In this document: one piece after another, positions 28,687 through 36,591 of the stretch
Numbering within the stretch: the first letter of the stretch is position 1
Layout: each line of letters begins with the position of its first letter
Origin: Limnohabitans sp.
GTDB taxonomy: Bacteria > Pseudomonadota > Gammaproteobacteria > Burkholderiales > Burkholderiaceae_C
DNA length: 64,000 bases
Assembly: GCA_024642215.1 (NCBI GenBank)
Contig: JAHEBO010000002.1
Span: 53,360 to 117,359, forward strand
Direction: 5' to 3'
Notes under the pieces: model-generated
Told to the model about the DNA's origin: nothing
Database searches by the model: none
The model's input: only the letters and a program-made list of their open reading frames with translations
Made by a program: the position numbers and the translations under genes

Positions 28687-28725
28687 TTGACAAGTAGTTG
28701 CTCAACCTATAGTTGAGCAACTACT
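28687..28725 (+). promoter_or_regulatory. Sigma70-like promoter (TTGACA-N15-TATAGT) embedded in a perfect 14-bp inverted repeat; putative operator
   Basis: TTGACA at 28687-28692 and TATAGT at 28708-28713. Inverted repeat AGTAGTTGCTCAAC (28693-28706) / GTTGAGCAACTACT (28712-28725) with a 5-nt centre. It ends 22 nt upstream of the cupin ATG, in an AT-rich divergent intergenic region. Confidence 0.5.
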
Positions 28726-28747
28726 GGCTAACCAACAGGTAGTTAAT

Positions 28748-29260
28748 ATGAGCCAACAACATCAAAAGCACCCCCATGGTCATTCCGATCACAGCGAAAC
28801 GGTTCAATGGAAACATGATGGCGTTCGTGTTGTGCCTGGCAATCAATTGGATGGCAATGTGCCCTCCACTCCTGGCATGGACCGAAAAGCTGCCATTAAC
28901 TTTGCCAGAGTGGGCGCAGAAAAACTTTGGGCTGGAACCGTCACCATCCATGCAAATGCCAAAACCGGCGCGCATCACCACGGCCCCCTCGAAAGCGTGA
29001 TTTACGTGATCAAAGGCCGCGCGCGCATGAGATGGGGCGACCAACTAGAGTTCACAGCCGAAGCAGGACCGGGTGATTTCATTTATGTGCCGCCCTATGT
29101 ACCGCATCAAGAAATCAATGCCAGCCCTACCGAAATATTAGAGTGCGTGCTGTGCAGAAGTGACGGACAGGCTGTTTCTGTCAACCTTGACATCGAACCC
29201 GTCGAAAAGCCTGAACACGTCTTGTGGATTGACCCGACGCACCCAAGTGGTGGCGTTTAA
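28748..29260 (+). CDS. Cupin-domain protein with His-rich N-terminus
   Basis: 170 aa. N-terminus MSQQHQKHPHGHSDHSE. Cupin motifs ...GAHHHGPLESVIYV... and ...GDFIYVPPYVPHQEIN.... Confidence 0.7.
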   Translation: MSQQHQKHPHGHSDHSETVQWKHDGVRVVPGNQLDGNVPSTPGMDRKAAINFARVGAEKLWAGTVTIHANAKTGAHHHGPLESVIYVIKGRARMRWGDQLEFTAEAGPGDFIYVPPYVPHQEINASPTEILECVLCRSDGQAVSVNLDIEPVEKPEHVLWIDPTHPSGGV

Positions 29261-29317
29261 AACCAGCCACACAGTCAAACTATCGCAAGCGGAATTTGAG
29301 AGTTCAGCTTTGCCATA

Positions 29318-30400
29318 ATGGTCAGCATGACTCAAGAATTCAAATCAAGCCCTCGCCTGACCAGCCTGTCCCACGGCGGTGGTTGCGGCTGCAAAATAGC
29401 GCCAGGCGTTTTAAGCGAAATATTGCGATCCACCACGGCCATGCCGCTGCCCCCCGAACTGCTGGTGGGCATTGAAACCTCAGACGATGCGGCCGTTTAC
29501 AAATTGAACGACAGCCAAGCCTTGGTAGCCACCACCGATTTTTTCATGCCGATCGTGGATGACCCCTTCGAGTTTGGCCGCATCGCCGCCACCAATGCCA
29601 TTTCCGATGTGTATGCCATGGGCGCGCAGCCCATCATGGCATTGGCGCTGGTAGGCATGCCGGTCAATGTGTTGCCATTGAGCGTGATTGGCAAAATTTT
29701 GGACGGCGGACAAAGCGTTTGCAGGGCCGCAGGCATCCCCATAGCAGGCGGCCATACCATTGATTCGGTTGAGCCAATCTATGGATTGGTTGCATTGGGA
29801 CTTGCACATCCCGATCACATCAAACGCAATGCCGATGCCAAAGTGGGCGACGTTTTGGTTTTGGGAAAACCCATTGGTGTGGGCATTTTGTCTGCAGCAC
29901 TCAAAAAAGAAATGCTGCCGGATCTTGGCTACAAAGCCATGATCGACAACACCACCAAACTCAACACGGCAGGCCCCGACTTGGCCAAACTCAAAGGCGT
30001 TCATGCCCTCACCGACATCACAGGTTTTGGCCTGGCAGGCCATCTGCTAGAAATGGCGCGTGGCGCGAAGTGCACCGTCCAATTGGACTGGGACAAAGTT
30101 CCCTTATTGCCTGGCGTTAAAGATTTGGCCAACCAAGGCTGCATCACCGGTGCCTCTGGCCGCAATTGGCAAGGCTACGGCGCAGAAGTTTCCTTACCAA
30201 GCAACTTTGCCTCTGTCGACCAAAGCTTGATCACTGACCCCCAAACCAGCGGTGGTTTGTTGGTGGCGTGCACGCCAGAGGAAGTGCCACAAGTGATGGC
30301 CGCCTTCAAAGCACACGGCTTTGATCAGGCCGCGGTCATTGGGCAAATTTGTTCGCAAGCGTCACATGCATTGCGCGTCACCCAAGAAGGTGTTGCGTGA
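29318..30400 (+). CDS. selD: Selenide, water dikinase (selenophosphate synthetase), Cys-type
   Basis: 360 aa. N-terminal SHGGGCGCKIAPGVL active-site loop (Cys, not an in-frame TGA). PurM-like body. Alternative start at 29327. Confidence 0.9.
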   Translation: MVSMTQEFKSSPRLTSLSHGGGCGCKIAPGVLSEILRSTTAMPLPPELLVGIETSDDAAVYKLNDSQALVATTDFFMPIVDDPFEFGRIAATNAISDVYAMGAQPIMALALVGMPVNVLPLSVIGKILDGGQSVCRAAGIPIAGGHTIDSVEPIYGLVALGLAHPDHIKRNADAKVGDVLVLGKPIGVGILSAALKKEMLPDLGYKAMIDNTTKLNTAGPDLAKLKGVHALTDITGFGLAGHLLEMARGAKCTVQLDWDKVPLLPGVKDLANQGCITGASGRNWQGYGAEVSLPSNFASVDQSLITDPQTSGGLLVACTPEEVPQVMAAFKAHGFDQAAVIGQICSQASHALRVTQEGVA

Positions 30401-31473
30401 GTGTGAACCCCGTCAGCGCCCAAGAAGCCATGTTGCGAATGGCCACCCCCATCGGTATGCCAGGGGGCTACAGTGCCATCATTGATGCGCGCACTGAAGA
30501 TGAGTATGCGCTCGACCATCTACCTGGCGCAATGAACTGGCCGTCCCTGAACAATGAACAGCGCATCACCATCGGTACTTTGTACAAGCAGGTCAATCCG
30601 TTTGAAGCAAAAAAACGCGGTGCCGCATTGGTCGCTGCCAACATTGCGCAACACATTGAACGCCATGTGATTGACTTGCCAAGAGAATGGCAACCTCTGG
30701 TGTATTGCTGGCGCGGTGGCAAGCGAAGCGGATCACTGGCACTCATTCTGGGTCAGATTGGTTTTAAAGTTTCCATCATTGAAGGCGGCTACAAAGCTTT
30801 TCGCAGTGAAGTGATCGAAGCAATTCCACCCTTGGCGCAGAAAATCAATTGGCGCGTTATTTGTGGCCCAACCGGCGCTGGCAAAACACGACTCTTGCAT
30901 TGCTTGCGAGAACAAGGTGCTCAGGTCTTGGATTTGGAAGGTTTGGCCAATCACCGCAGTTCAGTGCTCGGCATCATTCCTGGTCAAGCCCAGCCCAGTC
31001 AAAAACATTTTGACACCCTGCTCTGGAACGAGCTTCGTCAATTTGACTTCAACAAACCGGTTTACATTGAATCCGAAAGCCGCAAAGTTGGCAACTTGGC
31101 TGTCCCTGAGTCTTTGATATTGGCCATGCGCGCCAGTCCTTGTTATCAATTGGAATTGTCTGAAGACGAGCGTGTTCAGTTGCTTCTGGAGGATTACGAC
31201 TTCTTTGTCAAAGACCCTGATTTATTCTGTAAACGACTTGATGCACTGATGGCCATCCGCGGCAAACAAGTGGTAGAGGAATGGCAACGCTTGATCAAGT
31301 CTGGCGAAATCGATTCGGTGGTTCGAGAGCTGCTCACGACGCATTACGATCCAACTTACTTCGCTTCAATGCAACGCAACTTCGACCAGATCGACCAAGC
31401 CAAAGTGATCACAGCGTCTGATCGTTCATATCAAAGCATGACGGCACTGGCCAAAGCTTTGGCGCTGACGTGA
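30397..31473 (+). CDS. selU: tRNA 2-selenouridine synthase
   Basis: Rhodanese domain with CWRGGKRSG and P-loop GPTGAGKT. The GTG at 30397 overlaps the selD stop (GTGA). The ATG at 30430 is an alternative; the track start at 30349 would overlap selD by 52 nt. Confidence 0.85.
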   Translation: MSVNPVSAQEAMLRMATPIGMPGGYSAIIDARTEDEYALDHLPGAMNWPSLNNEQRITIGTLYKQVNPFEAKKRGAALVAANIAQHIERHVIDLPREWQPLVYCWRGGKRSGSLALILGQIGFKVSIIEGGYKAFRSEVIEAIPPLAQKINWRVICGPTGAGKTRLLHCLREQGAQVLDLEGLANHRSSVLGIIPGQAQPSQKHFDTLLWNELRQFDFNKPVYIESESRKVGNLAVPESLILAMRASPCYQLELSEDERVQLLLEDYDFFVKDPDLFCKRLDALMAIRGKQVVEEWQRLIKSGEIDSVVRELLTTHYDPTYFASMQRNFDQIDQAKVITASDRSYQSMTALAKALALT

Positions 31474-31482
31474 GTCTGTGCA

Positions 31483-32028
31483 ATGCGACACGCAGAAAAT
31501 CCATGCGCTGCGTCACATGATGGCGTATACCTCAAAGCCATTGTCTTGTTGATCTGCGGCTTTTTGAGCCTCTCCAGTGCCTACGCGCAGTATGAAAAAA
31601 CACCTTGGGCGTCTTCAAACAAAGTACTCACTGGTGCCTTCAAGGACAGTTCTGGTCAAACATGGGCGGCAGAAAGTTTGCGTGGCAAAAAGTTGGTGCT
31701 TAATTTTTGGGCCACATGGTGTGCGCCTTGCAAAGAAGAACTGCCAACACTGCAAGTTTTCTCAGACCTCCAAGACCCCAGCACCACCCTGGTGCTCACC
31801 ATCCATGTCAAAGAGCCAGCAAGCAGGGGCCTGCGCTTCATGCAAAACAATCAAATCTCCCTCCCTTTGATACCTGACCCCCAAGGGGACTTGGCCAAAA
31901 AGTACGACATCAAAGTGTTTCCAACCACCCTACTTGTGGCGCCTTCTGGGCACATTCAATGGCGAATTGTGGGCGAGGTTGATTGGTCGGCGCAGACGCC
32001 ACAGAACTGGCTCGACAGCCTGCGATAA
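31483..32028 (+). CDS. TlpA/redoxin-family thiol:disulfide oxidoreductase, membrane-anchored or exported
   Basis: 181 aa. Hydrophobic N-terminal segment LKAIVLLICGFLSLSSAYAQ. Thioredoxin motif FWATWCAPCKEELP. Only 9 nt downstream of selU. Confidence 0.8.
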   Translation: MRHAENPCAASHDGVYLKAIVLLICGFLSLSSAYAQYEKTPWASSNKVLTGAFKDSSGQTWAAESLRGKKLVLNFWATWCAPCKEELPTLQVFSDLQDPSTTLVLTIHVKEPASRGLRFMQNNQISLPLIPDPQGDLAKKYDIKVFPTTLLVAPSGHIQWRIVGEVDWSAQTPQNWLDSLR

Positions 32029-32165
32029 TCTCCCTGTTGTGCAACGCTTTTGTTGTGCGATGACCTGCCTTCGGGGCATTGTCTGACTTTGCATGGGCTT
32101 CGCCCATTCAAAGACTCAGGCTCGTATGTGCCGACAGGTCTAACTTTCATTACGGAGATCTCTTC

Positions 32166-33290
32166 ATGACCCCCGCTCGTCGTTCCCTTCTTCAGGGCGC
32201 TGCGTCCTTTGGCGCGCTTTCTTTGGCGCCATGGTCCATCGCAACTGCTCAAACCACAAGCACTGTAGCCCGCACCTTCACACCAAAACCTGGTGACTGG
32301 CGTACGTTTGAAGTCACCACACGTGTCGACATCGCCAAAGCCAATGGCATTACGCGTGTTTGGTTACCCGTACCAAGCATCAACACCGACTGGCAAAAAT
32401 CTGATGCCAGCTCATTCAGCAGCAACGGCACGACACGCATGCGCAGCGATGGCTTGCAAGGCGTGCAGTTTTTGTATGCTGAATTTACGGCCAACATTGA
32501 AAAGCCTTACGTTGAAATCACCAGTCGTGTGCAGACGCAAAGCCGTGCTCCGATTGCACAAGGCCAAACTGCGGCACCCGCTGAAGACCCAGCAACGCTT
32601 CAATACTTCACACGCGCCACCCATTTGTTGCCCACCGATGGCATTGTGAAATCAACGGCTCAAAAAGCCATTCAAGGCGCCAAGACTGATCTTGAAAAAG
32701 TTCGCGCCATTTACGACTGGGTGGTCGCCAATGCATGGCGTGAACCCAAGGTGCGCGGCTGTGGCGAAGGCGACATCAAAACCATGCTCGAAACAGGCAA
32801 CTTGGGCGGCAAGTGCGCCGACATCAATGCACTCTTTGTCGGACTGTGCCGCTCGGTTGGCATCCCTGCTCGCGATGTCTATGGCATTCGTTTGGTGCCT
32901 TCTGCGTTCGGTTACAAAGAACTTTCTGGCAACCCCGCAAGCCTTAAGGGGGCACAACATTGCCGCGCAGAAGCCTATGTCAAAGGCCAAGGTTGGATGG
33001 CCATGGACCCCGCCGATGTGGCCAAAGTGATGCGACTTGAAACAGCTGAGTGGCTTAAAAGCACAGACCATCCCGTCGTTAAACCCGTCTACAACACTTT
33101 GTTTGGCGGCTGGGAAGGCAATTGGATGGCATTCAACACGGCACACGACTTGACCTTGCCGCAAAGCAAAGGTGATCGCATCGGATTTTTCATGTACCCC
33201 GTTGCAGAAAATAACGAAGGTCGTTTCGACTCTTACGCACCCGATGATTTTAAATATCAAATCACGGCCAAGGAAGTGAAAGCCGGCTAA
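32166..33290 (+). CDS. Transglutaminase-like cysteine peptidase-fold protein with Tat signal
   Basis: 374 aa from MTPARRSLLQGAASFGALSLAPWSIATAQ. Catalytic-Cys region ...GGKCADINALFVGLCRSVGIPARDVYG..., then ...HCRAEAY...WMAMDPAD (Cys-His-Asp). Confidence 0.8.
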   Translation: MTPARRSLLQGAASFGALSLAPWSIATAQTTSTVARTFTPKPGDWRTFEVTTRVDIAKANGITRVWLPVPSINTDWQKSDASSFSSNGTTRMRSDGLQGVQFLYAEFTANIEKPYVEITSRVQTQSRAPIAQGQTAAPAEDPATLQYFTRATHLLPTDGIVKSTAQKAIQGAKTDLEKVRAIYDWVVANAWREPKVRGCGEGDIKTMLETGNLGGKCADINALFVGLCRSVGIPARDVYGIRLVPSAFGYKELSGNPASLKGAQHCRAEAYVKGQGWMAMDPADVAKVMRLETAEWLKSTDHPVVKPVYNTLFGGWEGNWMAFNTAHDLTLPQSKGDRIGFFMYPVAENNEGRFDSYAPDDFKYQITAKEVKAG

Positions 33291-33440
33291 TTCAAGACTT
33301 CAATTGCGCCGATATCAACGCCGATGCATGTTTAAAGTTGACACAAATAATTAAATATTTCAGTCAACAAGTGTGTCTTCCCTGCCGTTGAATGATCACT
33401 CCCGATCGGTGGAGTTTTCAAACAACATGAAGGAAACATC

Positions 33441-33671
33441 ATGACTAAACTTCTCGCAACATTGATCATTGGCGCATTCTCTGCCGCAGCATTTGCAACC
33501 ACACCTGCTACGCCTGCAGCACCCGCAACACCTGCAGCTCCCGTTAAAGCGGAAGCCAAAGTTGACGCAAAGGCTGCGGCCAAAACAGAAGTCAAAGCTG
33601 AAGCAAAGCCAGAAGCCAAGAAAGCTGAAAAGGCTGCCAAAGAAGTAGCCAAAGACGCAGCAAAAAAATAA
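33441..33671 (+). CDS. Small secreted low-complexity Pro/Ala then Lys/Ala/Glu-repeat protein (76 aa)
   Basis: AAGGA SD 6-7 nt upstream. Signal peptide MTKLLATLIIGAFSAAAFA. The mature part is TTPATPAAPATPAAP followed by K-A-E-A-K-type quasi-repeats. It is followed by two hairpins. Confidence 0.6.
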   Translation: MTKLLATLIIGAFSAAAFATTPATPAAPATPAAPVKAEAKVDAKAAAKTEVKAEAKPEAKKAEKAAKEVAKDAAKK

Positions 33672-33716
33672 ATATTTCAGCGACATGAACCGTCATTGAG
33701 CGGCTGCTCAATGAGA

Positions 33717-33761
33717 CCTCCACAGAGCCCTCTTCAACAGGGGCTCTGTTTCTACTGGAGG
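33717..33761 (+). terminator. Extended hairpin / rho-independent terminator candidate after the small gene
   Basis: Inner stem ACAGAGCCC (33722-33730) / GGGCTCTGT (33741-33749) followed by TTCT. Outer pairing CCTCCA (33717-33722) / TGGAGG (33756-33761). It is preceded by a second perfect 8-bp hairpin CATTGAGC-ggct-GCTCAATG (33694-33713). Confidence 0.5.
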
Positions 33762-33833
33762 TGCCCCAAGGGCAGGCTAAGCATCAAAAGTGTTGATCGA
33801 ATAAGATAGCCCCGTCTTTCCAAACGAGTTTGT

Positions 33834-35051
33834 ATGTCTTTATTCCCCAGCATGAACCACCGCGGCGTGTGGATCACCACCCTCATGGCCTCGGCCATCC
33901 TCATGATCACCATGGGCACGCGTCAATCGATGGGGCTCTACGTAGGCCCTCTCAATACGGACACGGGCCTGGGCATTGTCACCATCAGCCTTGCCATGGC
34001 CGTTGGGCAATTTGTGTGGGGCGCCATTCAACCCATTGCCGGCGCATTCGCCGACAAATACGGCCCACGTCCTGTCTTACTGTATGGCTTGTTGATCTTG
34101 GTGATTGGCTCGGCACTCACACCTTTCGTCACAAGCACCACAGGTTTGATCTTGACACTTGGCGTCCTCACTGCCATCGGTTCAGGATCTTGTAGTTTTT
34201 CAGTTTTGCTGGGTGCTGCTGCGCAACGCATGCCCACTGAATCGCGCGGCGTGGCATCGGGCATCATCAATGCAGGTGGCTCCTTTGGCCAGTTCGTCTT
34301 TGCGCCCATCATTCAAAAACTGATCCAGTGGGTGGGTTGGATGGGTTCCATGTGGTCTATGGCCGCAGTTGCTTTACTGGCCATTCCACTGTTGAATCGC
34401 TTAACCAGCGACACCCATGCACCAAGCAAAGCGCCCGACCCCGAGGGCGGACTGAAAAAAGCTGTGCAAGACGCCCTGAAATCACCCAGCTATTTGCTTT
34501 TGCACCTTGGCTTTTTCACGTGCGGCTTTCACATTGCATTCCTGGTGACGCATTTACCCACCGAGGTAGGTCTGTGCGGCTTGAGCCCTACAGTTGCCAG
34601 TTGGTCATTGGCCATCATTGGGCTTGCCAACATTGCAGGCAGTTTGTATGCAGGTTCATGCATCAACATCTATCGCAGCAAATACGTTTTGGCCATCATG
34701 TACAGCTCTCGCGCAGTTTTAGTTCTGCTTTATTTGCTCGCACCCAAAACTGAATGGACCTTTTATGTCTTCGCTGTAGGTCTGGGATTTACCTGGCTGG
34801 CCACAGTGCCCCCTACTGCCGCGTTGGTTGGCAAACTCTTTGGCATTCGCTACTTGGCCACTCTGTTTGGCTTAACGCTCTTGTCTCATCAAATTGGTGG
34901 TTTCTTGGGCGCATACCTCGGCGGCTTGGCCCTCACCATCAATGGCGACTATCAGTGGATGTGGTACGCCGACATTGCCCTGTCTGCGATGGCCGGCGTG
35001 ATCAACTTGCCGATCAAAGAAGCACCGATCGCCAAATTGCAAACAGCCTAA
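33834..35051 (+). CDS. MFS transporter
   Basis: 405 aa with about 12 hydrophobic segments. Typical MFS loop ...AFADKYGPRPVLLYG.... Confidence 0.85.
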   Translation: MSLFPSMNHRGVWITTLMASAILMITMGTRQSMGLYVGPLNTDTGLGIVTISLAMAVGQFVWGAIQPIAGAFADKYGPRPVLLYGLLILVIGSALTPFVTSTTGLILTLGVLTAIGSGSCSFSVLLGAAAQRMPTESRGVASGIINAGGSFGQFVFAPIIQKLIQWVGWMGSMWSMAAVALLAIPLLNRLTSDTHAPSKAPDPEGGLKKAVQDALKSPSYLLLHLGFFTCGFHIAFLVTHLPTEVGLCGLSPTVASWSLAIIGLANIAGSLYAGSCINIYRSKYVLAIMYSSRAVLVLLYLLAPKTEWTFYVFAVGLGFTWLATVPPTAALVGKLFGIRYLATLFGLTLLSHQIGGFLGAYLGGLALTINGDYQWMWYADIALSAMAGVINLPIKEAPIAKLQTA

Positions 35052-35068
35052 GCACCTCAAAACGCCAG

Positions 35069-35100
35069 CGCCTGCCCCTCAGGGCCAGGCGTTTTTCTTT
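35069..35100 (+). terminator. Rho-independent terminator of the MFS gene
   Basis: CGCCTGCCC-ctca-GGG(C)CAGGCG followed by TTTTTCTTT, 18 nt after the stop. Confidence 0.7.
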
Positions 35101-35122
35101 ACACTTGAAGCACTGAATCGCT

Positions 35123-36445
35123 TTATCGCTGCGGCATGTCCTTGGTGGAAAAGCCCAAGCTGATGGTGGCATCTTCAGGAATGGGGGGCATGGTGTCATG
35201 CCACGCTTCCCACTGTGCTTTCATGGCAGCCAAGCGATCGGGTTCTTGCTTGGCCAAGTTGGCGCGTTCTCGGGCATCTTGAACGATGTTGAAGAGATAG
35301 TCGGTGCCGTCCACACGCAAATACTTCCAATCTCCCGCTCGCAAAGCACGTTGACCTCGGTGATTCATGCGCCAGTACATGGGGCGATCGAATGTGGCAT
35401 CGGCCGACTTCAAAATAGGCGCCAAAGAAATCCCATCAAATGGATAGTCCGGGTGCGCGTATCCACCGCCCAACTCAACCAGCGTGGCTGACCAGTCCAT
35501 GGTCATGCAGTGCTGATCCGTGATTCGGCCTGGCTGCGCAATGCCTTGGGGCCAGTGCGCAATCCATGGCACGCGAATGCCACCTTCTGTCAGGTCCATT
35601 TTGCCGCCCACCAAGGGCCAGTTGTCGCTGAAACGTTCACCACCGTTGTCGCTGGTGAAAACAATCAAAGTGTTGTCGAGTTGTCCTGCTTCCTTGAGGG
35701 CGTCCACCACCCAACCAATGCCCTCGTCCATGTGGTGAATCATGCGGTGGTAGGTGTGAATGTTGCCACCTTGCAAATGGAAAATATTGTCTTTGATGCG
35801 ATCGGCCAAGGCATGGTCTTCACGCGTCTCCCAAGGCCAATGCGGCGCGGTGTAGTGCATGCTCAAGAAAAAGGGCTGCTCGGGCGAAGCCGTCATTCGC
35901 TTCACAAAGTCGACGGATTTGCGAGAAATCAAATCGGTCAAATAGCCTTCGTGCGGCTGCGTTTCTTCACCCACCCACAAATCATGATCACCTGTTGAGG
36001 CGCAATGTGTGAAGTAATCGACGCCGCCTGCCATCGGGCCAAAAAATTCGTCATAGCCTGAGCGCAAGGGACCAAACGCAGGCGGATAACCCAGGTGCCA
36101 CTTGCCAATCAAGGCGGTGCGATAGCCCTGCGCTTTGAGCAAAGATGGCAAGGTGGGATGGCTGGTGGGCAAGCCCAAGGTGGTGCTGGTTTTGGCTTTG
36201 CTGTTGATGGGTTCTTCTGCGGCGCCGCGCAAGCGGTATTGGTAACGCGCAGTCATCAAGCCAAACCGAGTGGGCGAACACACGGGTGAATTGGAATAGC
36301 CATCGCTAAAGCGAAGCCCATTGGCGGCCAATTCATCGATGACGGGCGAGACTTTGCCGAACTTGGCATCTCGCCCCCCATAACACCCCAAATCGGCAAA
36401 ACCCAAATCGTCGGCCACGATGAAAATGATGTTTGGACGCTGCAT
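35123..36445 (-). CDS. Cys-type sulfatase (arylsulfatase family) without a signal peptide
   Basis: 440 aa. N-terminus MQRPNIIFIVADDLGFADLGCYGG with no leader. Formylglycine motif SPVCSPTRFGLMTARY (C-x-P-x-R). ...GKWHLG... motif. Confidence 0.85.
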   Translation of the reverse strand: MQRPNIIFIVADDLGFADLGCYGGRDAKFGKVSPVIDELAANGLRFSDGYSNSPVCSPTRFGLMTARYQYRLRGAAEEPINSKAKTSTTLGLPTSHPTLPSLLKAQGYRTALIGKWHLGYPPAFGPLRSGYDEFFGPMAGGVDYFTHCASTGDHDLWVGEETQPHEGYLTDLISRKSVDFVKRMTASPEQPFFLSMHYTAPHWPWETREDHALADRIKDNIFHLQGGNIHTYHRMIHHMDEGIGWVVDALKEAGQLDNTLIVFTSDNGGERFSDNWPLVGGKMDLTEGGIRVPWIAHWPQGIAQPGRITDQHCMTMDWSATLVELGGGYAHPDYPFDGISLAPILKSADATFDRPMYWRMNHRGQRALRAGDWKYLRVDGTDYLFNIVQDARERANLAKQEPDRLAAMKAQWEAWHDTMPPIPEDATISLGFSTKDMPQR

Positions 36446-36510
36446 GATTTTTTCCTACTCAAGCAAAAGAGAGATTTTCACACGGTTCTGCCCTCTCATG
36501 GTTGTACCCG

Positions 36511-36538
36511 TTGACAAGGGTTTTCTGCCTCTTAAACT
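36511..36538 (+). promoter_or_regulatory. Sigma70-like promoter candidate TTGACA-N16-TAAACT for the downstream Bug gene
   Basis: TTGACA at 36511-36516 and TAAACT at 36533-36538, about 54 nt upstream of the ATG at 36592 in a divergent intergenic region. Confidence 0.4.
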
Positions 36539-36591
36539 GAATTCAAACGCTCATCTAAGAGCCCCCTTCACCACCGCACACTGGACCTTTC

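Noticed and set aside
33427-33444. A five-codon upstream mini-ORF (ATG AAG GAA ACA TCA TGA) whose stop overlaps the ATG of the small secreted protein gene.
   Set aside because: It coincides with the SD region itself and is too short to evaluate. It is most likely fortuitous.
33352-33680. A perfect 12-bp direct repeat TAAATATTTCAG flanks the small gene (33352-33363 and 33669-33680), which could suggest a target-site duplication or mobile cassette.
   Set aside because: A back-of-envelope estimate suggests about one such nearby 12-mer pair is expected by chance in a window this size, especially in AT-rich spacers. There are no inverted repeats, transposase or integrase to support mobility.
33332-33686. 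Two minus-strand ORFs (106 and 96 aa) overlapping the small Lys/Ala-rich gene.
   Set aside because: They are reverse-complement readings of the same low-complexity GCN/AAG repeats (Ala/Cys/Phe-rich). They lack an SD and a signal, whereas the plus-strand ORF has an SD, a signal peptide and downstream hairpins.
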